Assembly: GCA_030426355.1 (NCBI GenBank)
Contig: JAUHYQ010000007.1
Location: forward strand, 62,309 to 126,308
Reading direction: 5' to 3'
Length of the DNA: 64,000 bases
Source of the DNA: Gammaproteobacteria bacterium
GTDB taxonomy: Bacteria > Pseudomonadota > Gammaproteobacteria > Steroidobacterales > GCA-2729495
The position numbers and the translations under genes are program-made. Of the stretch, positions 21,488 through 31,142 are shown in pieces; position 1 is the stretch's first letter, and every line of letters begins with the position of its first letter. Under the pieces are notes generated by a model, which saw only the letters and a program-made list of their open reading frames with translations, searched no databases and was not told the DNA's origin.

Positions 21488-22426
21488 ATGTCTGCACTGA
21501 TTTGTGGCTCTATGGCCTACGACAACATTATGGTGTTTCCCGGCCGCTTCAAGGAGCAGATTCTTCCTGATCAGATACATATTCTGAATGTGGCGTTTCT
21601 GGTGCCAGAAATGCGCAAAGAGTTTGGCGGCTGCGCGGGAAACATCGCCTACAACCTGAGCATGTTGGGTGGCTCAGGGTACGCGATGGCGACGGTGGGC
21701 GACGATTTTGATAATTACCGGAACTGGCTGTTCAGCAAACAGCTGGACAGCCGCTACATCAGTCAGGTGGCGGGCAGCTTCACCGCACAGGCCTATATCA
21801 CGACCGATCTCGATGACAACCAGATTACGGCGTTTCATCCGGGTGCCATGGATCATTCGCACATCAATGCGGTGCCCACCGATGCCGGTATCAAACTGGG
21901 GATCATTTCGCCGGACGGTCGCCAGGGGATGATTGATCATGCCCGGCAGTTTGCTGAAGCGGGTATTCCTTTTGTGTTCGATCCCGGTCAGGGGTTGCCG
22001 ATGTTTGACGGCGACGATCTGCGCACGTTTATAGAGCAGGCCAGTTGGGTGGCAGTCAATGATTACGAAGGGCGTATGCTGCAGGAACGCACCGGCTGGA
22101 GTGTGGGTGAAATCAGTCAGCGCGTAAAGGCACTGATTGTTACTCGGGGCGCCGAAGGTTCACTGATTTACACCAACGGACAAAGTACAGAGATACCAGC
22201 GGTTAAAGCCGCGGCCTTGCTGGATCCGACCGGTTGCGGCGATGCCTATCGGGCTGGTTTGCTGTACGGTTTGTTAAACGATATGAGTTGGGACGATACC
22301 GGGCGACTGGCGGCCTTGCTCGGGGCGATAAAAATTGCGCATCGGGGTACACAAAATCATGAGTTCACCCCGTCGGGTCTGGATGATCAGTTCGAAGCCA
22401 GTTTTGGATATCGGCTTGGGCTCTAA
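21488..22426 (+). CDS. PfkB-family carbohydrate/nucleoside kinase (adenosine-kinase-like)
   Basis: 312 aa. Motifs GGCAGNIAYNL and DPTGCGDAYRAG. Its ATG directly abuts the gcvPB stop (TAAATG). Confidence 0.85.
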   Translation: MSALICGSMAYDNIMVFPGRFKEQILPDQIHILNVAFLVPEMRKEFGGCAGNIAYNLSMLGGSGYAMATVGDDFDNYRNWLFSKQLDSRYISQVAGSFTAQAYITTDLDDNQITAFHPGAMDHSHINAVPTDAGIKLGIISPDGRQGMIDHARQFAEAGIPFVFDPGQGLPMFDGDDLRTFIEQASWVAVNDYEGRMLQERTGWSVGEISQRVKALIVTRGAEGSLIYTNGQSTEIPAVKAAALLDPTGCGDAYRAGLLYGLLNDMSWDDTGRLAALLGAIKIAHRGTQNHEFTPSGLDDQFEASFGYRLGL

Positions 22427-22430
22427 CCGC

Positions 22431-25238
22431 GTGAGTGGCCTGGCCGCTGCCGGCGCCGCGATCATACTGGCGTTTTACGGTGTCTCGCCAGTCTATGCAC
22501 AGGGAGACGACTGGGGCGCCATGATCGAGCGCATATCCAGTGGCATTGTGTCGTTGGATATCGATGTGCCCAGGGCATTCGATACCGACCGCAATCAAAG
22601 CAGTCAGGCGACCGGTTTTGTAGTGGACATTGAACGCGGTCTGATACTGACCAACCGCCATGTTATTTCTCCCGGGCCCGTCCGCGGTGAGGCTTTGTTT
22701 CTCAACCGCGAAGAAGTCGAGCTGGTGCCGGTTTATCGCGATCCGGTGCACGATTTTGGTTTTTTCCGCTTTGATCCCAAAGCGCTGAAGTATTTTCAAC
22801 CCGCCGAACTGCCATTAGTGCCGGAACGCGCGGCAGTGGGTGTTGAAGTGCGGATCGTGGGCAATGACGCAGGCGAGCAGTTGTCGATACTCTCAGGCAC
22901 GATTGCACGCCTGGAGCGGCGCGCGCCCGAGTACGGTTACGGCGGCTACAACGACTTCAATACGTTCTACATACAGGCAGCATCCGGCAGCTCGGGCGGT
23001 TCTTCCGGCTCGCCGGTGCTGGACAAGCAAGGCAATGTGGTTGCATTGAACGCCGGTGCGAGTTCCACTGCCGCGACGAGCTTCTTTTTGCCGTTGCAGC
23101 GGATCAAGCGCGCACTCGAGTTGGTGCAGGCCGGTAAGCCCGTAACGCGCGGCACTCTGCAGGCGCGTTACGTGCAGGTGGCATACGACGAATTGCGTCG
23201 GCTGGGCTTGCAGTCAGCCACCGAGAGTGATTATCGCCGCCGTTTCCCCGGGCACATCGGGATGCTGGTAGTCAGCAACGTTATGCCTGACGGTGTGGCA
23301 GACGGCGTGTTGCGGGTCGGCGATATTTTGCTGGCAGTTAACGGCGCACCGCTGGTGGATTTCGTAACCCTCGAAGAGGTTCTGGATGACACGGTCGGTG
23401 GCCAGGTACGCGTGAGTCTGGAGCGCAACGGCGAGCACCTGGAGCGTGATGTGGCGGTGGCTGATCTGCACGCGCTTACGCCGGACGAATACATTCAGTT
23501 CGGTAATGCGGTGGTGCATGAGCTGTCGTATCAGCAGGCCTGGCATCTGAACAAGGCGCTGCGGGGTATCTATGTCGCATCGCCGGGTTATGTGCTGAGT
23601 ACCGCAGGCTTGCCGGCATACAGCGTTATCGAAGCGGTTGACGGGCGACCCGTCAATACGCTTGATGAGTTTGAACACGTATTGGGAGAACTGGCGGACG
23701 GCCAGAAAGCAACGCTCCGCTACTATACGTTGGACGAACCGACAACCGCGCGGCAAAGCATCATGCGGATGGATCGACGCTGGTACCCGACCATGCGTTG
23801 TGTGCTGGACAATGCATCCGGTGACTGGCCATGCACCGAACTGGCAGCCGGGCCGGTAGCTGCGCCGCTGGAACCGGTGAGCGCGCGCTTTGTAAAACAG
23901 TCTGACCGCGCGTTGCAGCGTATTTCGGAATCGCTGGTATTGGTGAATTTTGACATGCCGTACAGTTTTTCCGGCGTTTCGGAACCTCACTACTACGGTA
24001 CCGGTCTGGTCGTGGATGCGGAGCGGGGGCTGGTCGTCGTCGACCGCAACACCGTTCCCGAAGCCATGGGTGACGTGCGGCTGACTTTTGCAGCGTCGCT
24101 GGAAGTGACCGGACGAGTCGAGTTTGTCCACCCGGTCCATAACCTGGCCATTCTGTCCTATGACCCGGCTGATCTGGGCGATACACCGGTGCGGTCGGCG
24201 CGGCTCCATAGCGTTGAGTTATCGGCCGGCGATGAAGTGGAGGCCGTGGGCTTGCGTCCGCAAGGCGCCTTGGTGAGTCAGACGGTTAAGGTCGCGGCAG
24301 TGTCGCCGCTGATGTACCCGCTATCCAATTCGTTGCGGTTTCGCGAAACCAACCTTGAGGGGATTTCGCTGGTAACGTCGCCCGGGATCGATGGCGTATT
24401 GATGGACAAACGCTCGCGGGTAGTCGCGTTATGGTCCAGTTTTGCGTTTGATTACGGCAACGAATTGCGCGAGGACAGCCGCGGTGTACCGGTGGACGTT
24501 GTGATGGAAGCGTTGGAACTGGTGCGCACCGGTCAGCCGTTGCGATCGCTGGAGGTGGAATTGGCGACTTTGCCGACGTCTACGGCGCGAAATTTCGGCT
24601 TGCCGGTAGCCTGGACGGAGCGTTTGTCCCTGCACGACCCGGAACGTCGGCAGGTGTTGACCGTGGTGCGTACAGTGGCCGGAACGCCGGCGAGTCAGTT
24701 ATTGCGCACCGGCGATCTGATCCTTGCTGCCAATGGCCAGCCTGTAAATCGCTTTAGAGAGGTTGAACGGGCCGTGTTCGGTCAGCCTGAAATTGAACTG
24801 ACTGTATGGCGTGATGGCCGCGAGCAGTCGCTGGTGGTGCCGACGGTTGCCCTGCCGGGTGACGGCGTGAGACGCCTGCTGTATTGGGGCGGTGCACTGC
24901 TGCAGGATCCGTATCGCGACGTCGCAGCACAGCGCGGCATTGTTCCTGAAGGTGTCTACGTCGCTTATTATGCTTACGGCTCGCCCGCTGCGCGCGCCAA
25001 CTTATCGGCAGGCAGCCGGATCGTTGAAGTTGACGGCATGCCGGTTGCCAATCTGGACGAGTTTGTGCGTCGAGTCGCCGGGCGCAAGCAGGGGTCTTCG
25101 GTACGACTGGCTATTCGGGACTGGAACGATGCTGTCAGGGTTATTACGCTCAAACTTGATTTGACGTTCTGGCCTGCGTGGGAAATTGTGCACAACGGTG
25201 ACTGGCATCGGGTTGAACCCGGTGCAACCACGCATTGA
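22431..25238 (+). CDS. Nma111-like double HtrA/PDZ serine protease (secreted)
   Basis: The GTG at 22431 gives signal peptide VSGLAAAGAAIILAFYGVSPVYAQ. The first trypsin-fold domain has TNRHV, DPVHDFGFF and SGGSSGSPV. The second copy has DRNTV, HNLAILSY and GIDGVLMD, so its catalytic residues are lost. PDZ-like regions sit between and after the two domains. Confidence 0.85.
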   Translation: MSGLAAAGAAIILAFYGVSPVYAQGDDWGAMIERISSGIVSLDIDVPRAFDTDRNQSSQATGFVVDIERGLILTNRHVISPGPVRGEALFLNREEVELVPVYRDPVHDFGFFRFDPKALKYFQPAELPLVPERAAVGVEVRIVGNDAGEQLSILSGTIARLERRAPEYGYGGYNDFNTFYIQAASGSSGGSSGSPVLDKQGNVVALNAGASSTAATSFFLPLQRIKRALELVQAGKPVTRGTLQARYVQVAYDELRRLGLQSATESDYRRRFPGHIGMLVVSNVMPDGVADGVLRVGDILLAVNGAPLVDFVTLEEVLDDTVGGQVRVSLERNGEHLERDVAVADLHALTPDEYIQFGNAVVHELSYQQAWHLNKALRGIYVASPGYVLSTAGLPAYSVIEAVDGRPVNTLDEFEHVLGELADGQKATLRYYTLDEPTTARQSIMRMDRRWYPTMRCVLDNASGDWPCTELAAGPVAAPLEPVSARFVKQSDRALQRISESLVLVNFDMPYSFSGVSEPHYYGTGLVVDAERGLVVVDRNTVPEAMGDVRLTFAASLEVTGRVEFVHPVHNLAILSYDPADLGDTPVRSARLHSVELSAGDEVEAVGLRPQGALVSQTVKVAAVSPLMYPLSNSLRFRETNLEGISLVTSPGIDGVLMDKRSRVVALWSSFAFDYGNELREDSRGVPVDVVMEALELVRTGQPLRSLEVELATLPTSTARNFGLPVAWTERLSLHDPERRQVLTVVRTVAGTPASQLLRTGDLILAANGQPVNRFREVERAVFGQPEIELTVWRDGREQSLVVPTVALPGDGVRRLLYWGGALLQDPYRDVAAQRGIVPEGVYVAYYAYGSPAARANLSAGSRIVEVDGMPVANLDEFVRRVAGRKQGSSVRLAIRDWNDAVRVITLKLDLTFWPAWEIVHNGDWHRVEPGATTH

Positions 25239-25252
25239 CGGGAACGGCCTGA

Positions 25253-27703
25253 TCAGGTGATCAGGCGGGGTCGGAGTATCAGTGAGTCCGTCATATCGAC
25301 GTCAGCCGACAAATCCTCGTGTGCGAGGTTTTCCCAGTGTCTCATCCACGGAATGAATTCTTCGGCGGGCATGGGTTTGCTCAGGTAGTACCCCTGGGCG
25401 CGCTCACAACCTTCCTCACGCAACCAGCGCAGCGCAGCCGTGGTTTCAACGCCTTCAGCGACTACTTCCAGGCCCAGATTGTGCGCCATGTTAATAACGG
25501 CCCTGACGATGGCCGTATTTTGCGGGTGATCGGGCAGATTGGTTACAAATGCCCGGTCAACCTTCAGTTCGTCAACCGGTAAACGCTGCAAATGACCTAA
25601 CGACGAGTAGCCGGTGCCGAAATCATCCATAGACGTTTTGGCACCCATCTCGCGCAGGCGATCAAGAATTTTGATGGCGTAATCGAGGTCATGCACCAAT
25701 GCCTCTTCGGTAATTTCAAGGATCAGACATTCGGCGGGCATCTTGTTCACCTCAAGTTCCTGTTCGATGAGGCCGATGAGGTTGTCACCCAGCAGATCCT
25801 GAGCCGAAAGGTTTACCGCAATGGGTAAGTTGATGCCCTGGTCTTTCCACGTGCGGGCCTGTGCAACGGCGCGCCCCAGCATCCACTCCGTGATCATGCC
25901 GATACAGCCGGCACGTTCGGCCAGCGGAATAAATTCAAACGGTGCGATTTGTCCAAGCTCCGGATGGTTCCAGCGCAGCAGCGCCTCGGCGCCGCAGACC
26001 TGAGTATTCCGCAGCTCAACTTTGGGTTGCAGGTAAAGCTGCAGTTCGTTTTCCCGTGTTGCCCGGCGCAAGTCGCCGAGAATCGCCAGTTGTCGGACGT
26101 GCCGCGCCTCGCGACCGTTCTGATACATGCGAATGCGTTTTTGCCCCTGTTGGGCGTCGTTCTTGGCAACCGCCGCGCGGCGCAAAAGTTCATCCGGTTG
26201 CCGACCGTGTTCCGGGCTGACACAAAAGCCGATGCAGGCGTCCAGCGTGACGTTGACCGACTGAACATTGAGGCCTGCGTCGAGCATCCCAGCTAACCGC
26301 CGTGCCAGGCGCTTGCCATCATCCTTGTCATTGTCAGGTGCAATAATCAGAAACTGGTCGCCCTCGAGGCGCGCCAGGATATGTGATTCATCCAGCCCGG
26401 AACGCATGCGTTGGGCTGTCTGACGCAATACTTCATCGCCAATTTCGTGCCCCAGCGAAGACTGAATTTCGCGGAAGCGCTGCAGATGCATAACCATGAC
26501 CACGACCGGATCCCCGTTCTTGGCGGCATTGCGCAGACTTTCGCGCAGCAAATCCATGGCATGCAAGCGATTTGGCAAGCCCGTCAGCGAATCGAATTCG
26601 GCCTGATAGACAATGCGCTGTTCGCGTTCCGAAATCCCTTTGCGCATGGTTTCAAAAGCTTTGGCCAACTCGCCGAATTCGTCCGAGGAATTAATGTTCA
26701 GCTTTTTGCTGTAATTTCCGACACTCATGCGGCGGGCCGCCATCAGCAGTTGTCGCACCGGTGTTGTCACCGCGCGCGACAGCAGCATGGCGAGCAACAA
26801 TGCGCCAATAATTGAGACGCCAGTGGCGTGGGTCATGGCACCCCGCAGTGCCACGAAGGGTCGGCGGGCATCGCTGACGCGTTTGTGGAATACCACCAGG
26901 ACCCTCGGGTCGCCAGCTGCATACGGCAAAGCCTTAGAGCTAAAGTGGTCGGACAGGTCGAGCTTTGCAATGTTCGAGTCTGCACCGGTGGCGACTTTGT
27001 CGGCCGTAGCCTGAATCATTTCTCGCTCTTCCGTTGGCAGCGAACTGCCCAGCAAGGCGACTTTTCCGGACTGTTGGGTACGCAAGATGGATATATCGAC
27101 GCCGGTGTTGCCGCCCATTCTGCTGGCTATGTTGTCGTCAATGGCGTAGCCCATCGCCAGATATCCCAGCGGCTTATCCTTGTTGATCGGGTGCACGGCC
27201 ATTTCGTAGGCAGCGTTGTCAAGCAATACGATGCCACTCTGCTGATCAAGCAGTTCGGCAAACGCATCCTGATCCTGGAGGTCAATGCCAAAGGTGGTGT
27301 CAACAGTGCCCGCCGCGGTGTAAAGCAACGCTGCTTTTACATTGGCCTGCGCCATGGCGGTCTGAATTGTCGTCAGCACGCGCTCGCGTTCACGTTGGGA
27401 GCGAACCGCCCTGACAAAGTCCGGGTTCGCGGTAACCGAGTAGATAATATCGCCGAGGGCCTTGGAGCGATGCTGCAGCGACCGCTGAAAGCTACGCGAG
27501 GCTTTATCGAGATCTTGCCGGGCGATGCGGTCGTTTTCGTCGGCTGCAAAATTTAGCACCGTGATCACGGTTGCCGCCTGAGCTGTCAGCACGACCGCCA
27601 GAGCAAGGCCCAGAACCTTGTAGCTAAACTTGTTTAACAGCCCTAACAAAGGACCACTCCTTTTCGCCCAAATGGAACCATCCGCCCAAAGCGGTATTGG
27701 CAC
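25253..27703 (-). CDS. membrane sensor protein with HAMP, degenerate GGDEF and intact EAL domains
   Basis: 816 aa. The GGDEF site reads RLEGDQF. The EAL domain has EALLRW, DDFGTGYSSL, ELKVDRAF and VVAEGVET. There is an N-terminal TM, a periplasmic domain and a second TM. Confidence 0.9.
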   Translation of the reverse strand: MPIPLWADGSIWAKRSGPLLGLLNKFSYKVLGLALAVVLTAQAATVITVLNFAADENDRIARQDLDKASRSFQRSLQHRSKALGDIIYSVTANPDFVRAVRSQRERERVLTTIQTAMAQANVKAALLYTAAGTVDTTFGIDLQDQDAFAELLDQQSGIVLLDNAAYEMAVHPINKDKPLGYLAMGYAIDDNIASRMGGNTGVDISILRTQQSGKVALLGSSLPTEEREMIQATADKVATGADSNIAKLDLSDHFSSKALPYAAGDPRVLVVFHKRVSDARRPFVALRGAMTHATGVSIIGALLLAMLLSRAVTTPVRQLLMAARRMSVGNYSKKLNINSSDEFGELAKAFETMRKGISEREQRIVYQAEFDSLTGLPNRLHAMDLLRESLRNAAKNGDPVVVMVMHLQRFREIQSSLGHEIGDEVLRQTAQRMRSGLDESHILARLEGDQFLIIAPDNDKDDGKRLARRLAGMLDAGLNVQSVNVTLDACIGFCVSPEHGRQPDELLRRAAVAKNDAQQGQKRIRMYQNGREARHVRQLAILGDLRRATRENELQLYLQPKVELRNTQVCGAEALLRWNHPELGQIAPFEFIPLAERAGCIGMITEWMLGRAVAQARTWKDQGINLPIAVNLSAQDLLGDNLIGLIEQELEVNKMPAECLILEITEEALVHDLDYAIKILDRLREMGAKTSMDDFGTGYSSLGHLQRLPVDELKVDRAFVTNLPDHPQNTAIVRAVINMAHNLGLEVVAEGVETTAALRWLREEGCERAQGYYLSKPMPAEEFIPWMRHWENLAHEDLSADVDMTDSLILRPRLIT

Positions 27704-27811
27704 GAACTAAAGCGTAGCCAGTGGGCTAATAGTGGTATGCGCACTCTGTCACGTAATACATAATCAGTGACCCGGAAGTTACATTTCCTCTTATGTTAAA
27801 TTTGCCAACTT

Positions 27812-30421
27812 ATGCGTAATTTTCTTGCCGCGATACTTGATCGCTTTGTGCTCGATCGGCCCTGGCTTGCTTTGGCTGCGGTGGCGATCGTGTCGCTAGT
27901 GTTTGCACTGTTTATTCCGCGCTTCCAGCTGGATGCCTCTGCGGACTCACTCCTGCTGGAGCAGGACAGTGATTTGCGCTACTACCGCGATGTGATCAAG
28001 CGGTATGGCTCGGACGATTATCTGGTTATTACCTACACAGCCAGGCGTGACCTGATCGGCGAGCAAACATTTAACGAGCTGGTGGCATTGCGCGACGCGC
28101 TACGGGCAATTCCCAATGTCGAGGAAGTCATCAGTATCCTTGATGTGCCGTTGATCACCGGGCCCGGCACCAACCTTGGGTCGTTGCAGGACAACATTCC
28201 CACGCTGGAAAACCCGGCGACAGATCGTCGGCAGGCCAAGACCGAACTGCGTGAAAGCCCGGTATACAGCAACCTGTTGATGAGCCAGAGTGGCGATACT
28301 ACCGGTCTGCTGCTGCGATTAAAAAGTGATCCGGAGCTGGAACGGCTGATTGACGCGCGCGATGACTTGCGGGCGAAGCAGCTTAATAGCCGTTTAAGCG
28401 ATGCGGAAAAGCGGCTGCAAAATGAGCAGTCGGAGCAAATTAAACTGTTACGTGACAAGTTGCTGGAGCGTCAGCAGGGTGATATTGCAGCGGTGCGCGG
28501 GGTTATCGCCGAGCACGGTAATTTTGGCGAGCTGCATCTTGGCGGTGTGCCAATGATCGTCAGCGATATGATCGACTACATTCGCAGCGACATCGTGGTT
28601 TTCGGCAGCGGGATTCTGCTGTTTCTGGTCGTATTGTTGAGCGTAATATTCGGACGGCCTCGCTGGGTTGTTATGTCGTTACTGTGCTGCCTGGTTTCGG
28701 TCCTGATGATTGTGGGGCTGCTGGGCATGCTGGAATGGCGGGTGACCGTGGTGTCGTCCAATTTTGTCGCATTGATGCTTATTTTCAGTTTGTCGCTGAC
28801 CGTGCATCTGGTGCAACGCTATCGTGAACTGCACATAGAGAATCCCGACGCGGAGCAACGCTGGCTGGTGCGCACAGCACTGCGCGATAAAGCCAGTCCC
28901 TGCCTGTTTACCGCGCTTACCACCATGGTGGGCTTTGCATCCCTGCTGATTAGCGGCATCAGGCCGGTCATTGATTTTGGCTGGATGATGGTCATGGGCA
29001 TGGTTGCCGTATTGGCAACCGCCTTCGTGTTGTTCCCAGCTACCCTGATGTTTGTAAAGCCAGGGAAACCCAGTGTTGACGGTGATTCGACCCGAATGAT
29101 CACCGGCTATTTTGCGTCGGTGGTGCGTCATTGGCCGGGCATGACGGTCGCCACGTGCGTTATTTTGGCAGTCCTCAGTGTGGCTGGGCTGAGTCGTCTG
29201 AAAGTGGAAAACCGCTTCATTGACTACTTCAAAGAAGATACCGAGATTCATCGTGGCATGCTGGTTATCGACCGCGAGTTGGGTGGCACCATGCCACTGG
29301 ATGTGGTTCTGGATGCCGATCAGGATTTTCTGGACTCGCTGGCTGCCCGGCAGTCCGGTGTTGCCGCCGGCGCTGCATCCGGAGCCGACTTCGATGACGA
29401 GTTCGAAGACGATTTTTTGGCAGAGTCGACAGTCGATGCGGGCACAGATTCTGCGGACGAGTTTGTCGATGAATTTACCGGAGAAACAGATGCTGACACG
29501 GCGTTTGCAGAAGTGCAGAATTTGCGGCCCGATCTGGGCGCAACGAGCTATTGGTACAACAGTTTTCGGCTAGAGAAACTGCGGCAAGTGCACGATTATC
29601 TCGACAGCTTGCCGCATACGGGCAAGGTGTTGTCGCTTGCCACGACCATGGATATGCTCGAAACCCTTAACCGGGATGAGATGCCGGGCACGTTCTTTTT
29701 GTCAGTGCTCTACAAGCGTCTGCCCGAGCAAATCAAAAAAACGCTAATCGATCCCTATATGTCAGCCGACGGCAACCAGGTGCGTATCAACATGCGTGTC
29801 TACGAATCCGATATAGGCCTTAACCGCAATGATTTGATTTCAGATATCCGTACCCGGCTGGTTGACGAAATGGGGTTTCAGCCCGATCGCGTCCACATCA
29901 CCGGCATGATGGTGTTGTACAACAACGTTCTTCAGAGTCTGTACAGGTCTCAGATTCTGACACTGGGCGCGGTATTTCTGGCTATAACGGTGATGTTCGG
30001 CGTGTTGTTCAGGTCGTTGAAAATCGCCCTGATCGCGATAGTGCCGAGTATTTTGTCAGTGGGAATAGTGTTGGGCTCTATGGGGCTGCTGGGTATCCCG
30101 CTGGACATCATGACGATCACTATCGCGGCCATTAGTGTGGGCATAGGCGTGGATGATTCCATCCATTATGTGCACCGCTACCGTCAGGAAGTGGCGGTCG
30201 CCGAAGACGCGCTAACGGCCATGGAGCGAAGTCATGCCAGTGTTGGCAGGGCTATGTTTTATACTTCCGTTATTGTGATAGCCGGCTTTGCCATTTTGGC
30301 CTTGTCAAACTTTATTCCGAGTATATTGTTCGGTTTGTTGACGGGGCTCGCCATGCTAATGGCGTTAATTGCAAATCTTACTCTGCTGCCTTTGCTATTG
30401 CGCTGGGGTAAGGTCAGCTGA
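27812..30421 (+). CDS. MMPL/RND-superfamily exporter (two SSD-type 6-TM bundles)
   Basis: 869 aa with a 1+5 TM, loop, 1+5 TM layout and a GVDDSIHY motif. The second periplasmic loop has an acidic low-complexity insert. Confidence 0.85.
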   Translation: MRNFLAAILDRFVLDRPWLALAAVAIVSLVFALFIPRFQLDASADSLLLEQDSDLRYYRDVIKRYGSDDYLVITYTARRDLIGEQTFNELVALRDALRAIPNVEEVISILDVPLITGPGTNLGSLQDNIPTLENPATDRRQAKTELRESPVYSNLLMSQSGDTTGLLLRLKSDPELERLIDARDDLRAKQLNSRLSDAEKRLQNEQSEQIKLLRDKLLERQQGDIAAVRGVIAEHGNFGELHLGGVPMIVSDMIDYIRSDIVVFGSGILLFLVVLLSVIFGRPRWVVMSLLCCLVSVLMIVGLLGMLEWRVTVVSSNFVALMLIFSLSLTVHLVQRYRELHIENPDAEQRWLVRTALRDKASPCLFTALTTMVGFASLLISGIRPVIDFGWMMVMGMVAVLATAFVLFPATLMFVKPGKPSVDGDSTRMITGYFASVVRHWPGMTVATCVILAVLSVAGLSRLKVENRFIDYFKEDTEIHRGMLVIDRELGGTMPLDVVLDADQDFLDSLAARQSGVAAGAASGADFDDEFEDDFLAESTVDAGTDSADEFVDEFTGETDADTAFAEVQNLRPDLGATSYWYNSFRLEKLRQVHDYLDSLPHTGKVLSLATTMDMLETLNRDEMPGTFFLSVLYKRLPEQIKKTLIDPYMSADGNQVRINMRVYESDIGLNRNDLISDIRTRLVDEMGFQPDRVHITGMMVLYNNVLQSLYRSQILTLGAVFLAITVMFGVLFRSLKIALIAIVPSILSVGIVLGSMGLLGIPLDIMTITIAAISVGIGVDDSIHYVHRYRQEVAVAEDALTAMERSHASVGRAMFYTSVIVIAGFAILALSNFIPSILFGLLTGLAMLMALIANLTLLPLLLRWGKVS

Positions 30422-31009
30422 TTTTGCCGTTTGTCGGGCGCGCAGTTCTTTGTTGGTTTTTGTTAACGTCGCGCAATGCTGCTTCCAGCGTTCCACCTCC
30501 GTGGATAGTGCGTCGCATTGATGCTGCAGTTCTTCGAGTTCGGCATCGTCATCGGCCATCAAATCCATGCCGGCAATCATGCCGCTGCCGGAGTGGTCAA
30601 CTTTGGTCTGTATTTCCAGCTCCGTTACTCGCGAACGGGCCTGTTCCAGCTCGCGTCGGACTACCGCAAGTTCCTGATCAATTTCCTGCTTATTCTCTAT
30701 TTCGCGGTTGAGGTGCTCTTTGGTGGCGTTGAATTTTTGCTGGATGTCTGCCAGCGAGCTACTGGTATGTTCAAGCTTGCCCGCCAGTTCGGTAGCTTCC
30801 GAGCTGCGTGCATTTTTGTCTTCGGCGACGCTTGCCAGTTCCTTGCGCGCTATGCTCAAAGCCGCACTGAGTTCGCGTATTTCCTGGTCACGAGGGTCTT
30901 CATCTCGCGCGTCGCGGGTACGCCGGTGCCAATAAAGGGCGCCCTTCCAGCTGCCGAAGCAGGCGGCGCCGAGAACGAGTAGGTAGCCAAGCAAGCCAAG
31001 TACAGACAT
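30395..31009 (-). CDS. membrane-anchored coiled-coil protein, unknown function
   Basis: 204 aa with an N-terminal TM followed by long heptad-rich sequence. It has a 27-nt convergent overlap with the RND gene. Confidence 0.55.
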   Translation of the reverse strand: MSVLGLLGYLLVLGAACFGSWKGALYWHRRTRDARDEDPRDQEIRELSAALSIARKELASVAEDKNARSSEATELAGKLEHTSSSLADIQQKFNATKEHLNREIENKQEIDQELAVVRRELEQARSRVTELEIQTKVDHSGSGMIAGMDLMADDDAELEELQHQCDALSTEVERWKQHCATLTKTNKELRARQTAKSADLTPAQ

Positions 31010-31142
31010 GGGCCGAATTCCGCGATTTATCTGGATATATCAGCCTCCAAAGTTACTGGAGAAGGAGGCGCGCATTCTTTGCGCTGGCTCTCACTTTCGC
31101 TGGGTTATGATGCGGTTTTGGCGGTTGTATTGGGTCTTGGAG

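Noticed and set aside
23214-24209. 331-aa minus-strand ORF inside the protease gene
   Set aside because: - It is antisense to a gene with clear family motifs.
- Its Arg/His/Gln-rich composition is typical of GC-rich antisense frames.
- The same reasoning applies to 22365-22799 and 23761-24186.
26828-27556. 242-aa plus-strand ORF inside the GGDEF-EAL gene; likewise 18654-19364, 51253-52059, 45811-46440, 4519-5211 and 28679-29251
   Set aside because: All are antisense shadows of confidently identified genes in GC-rich DNA.
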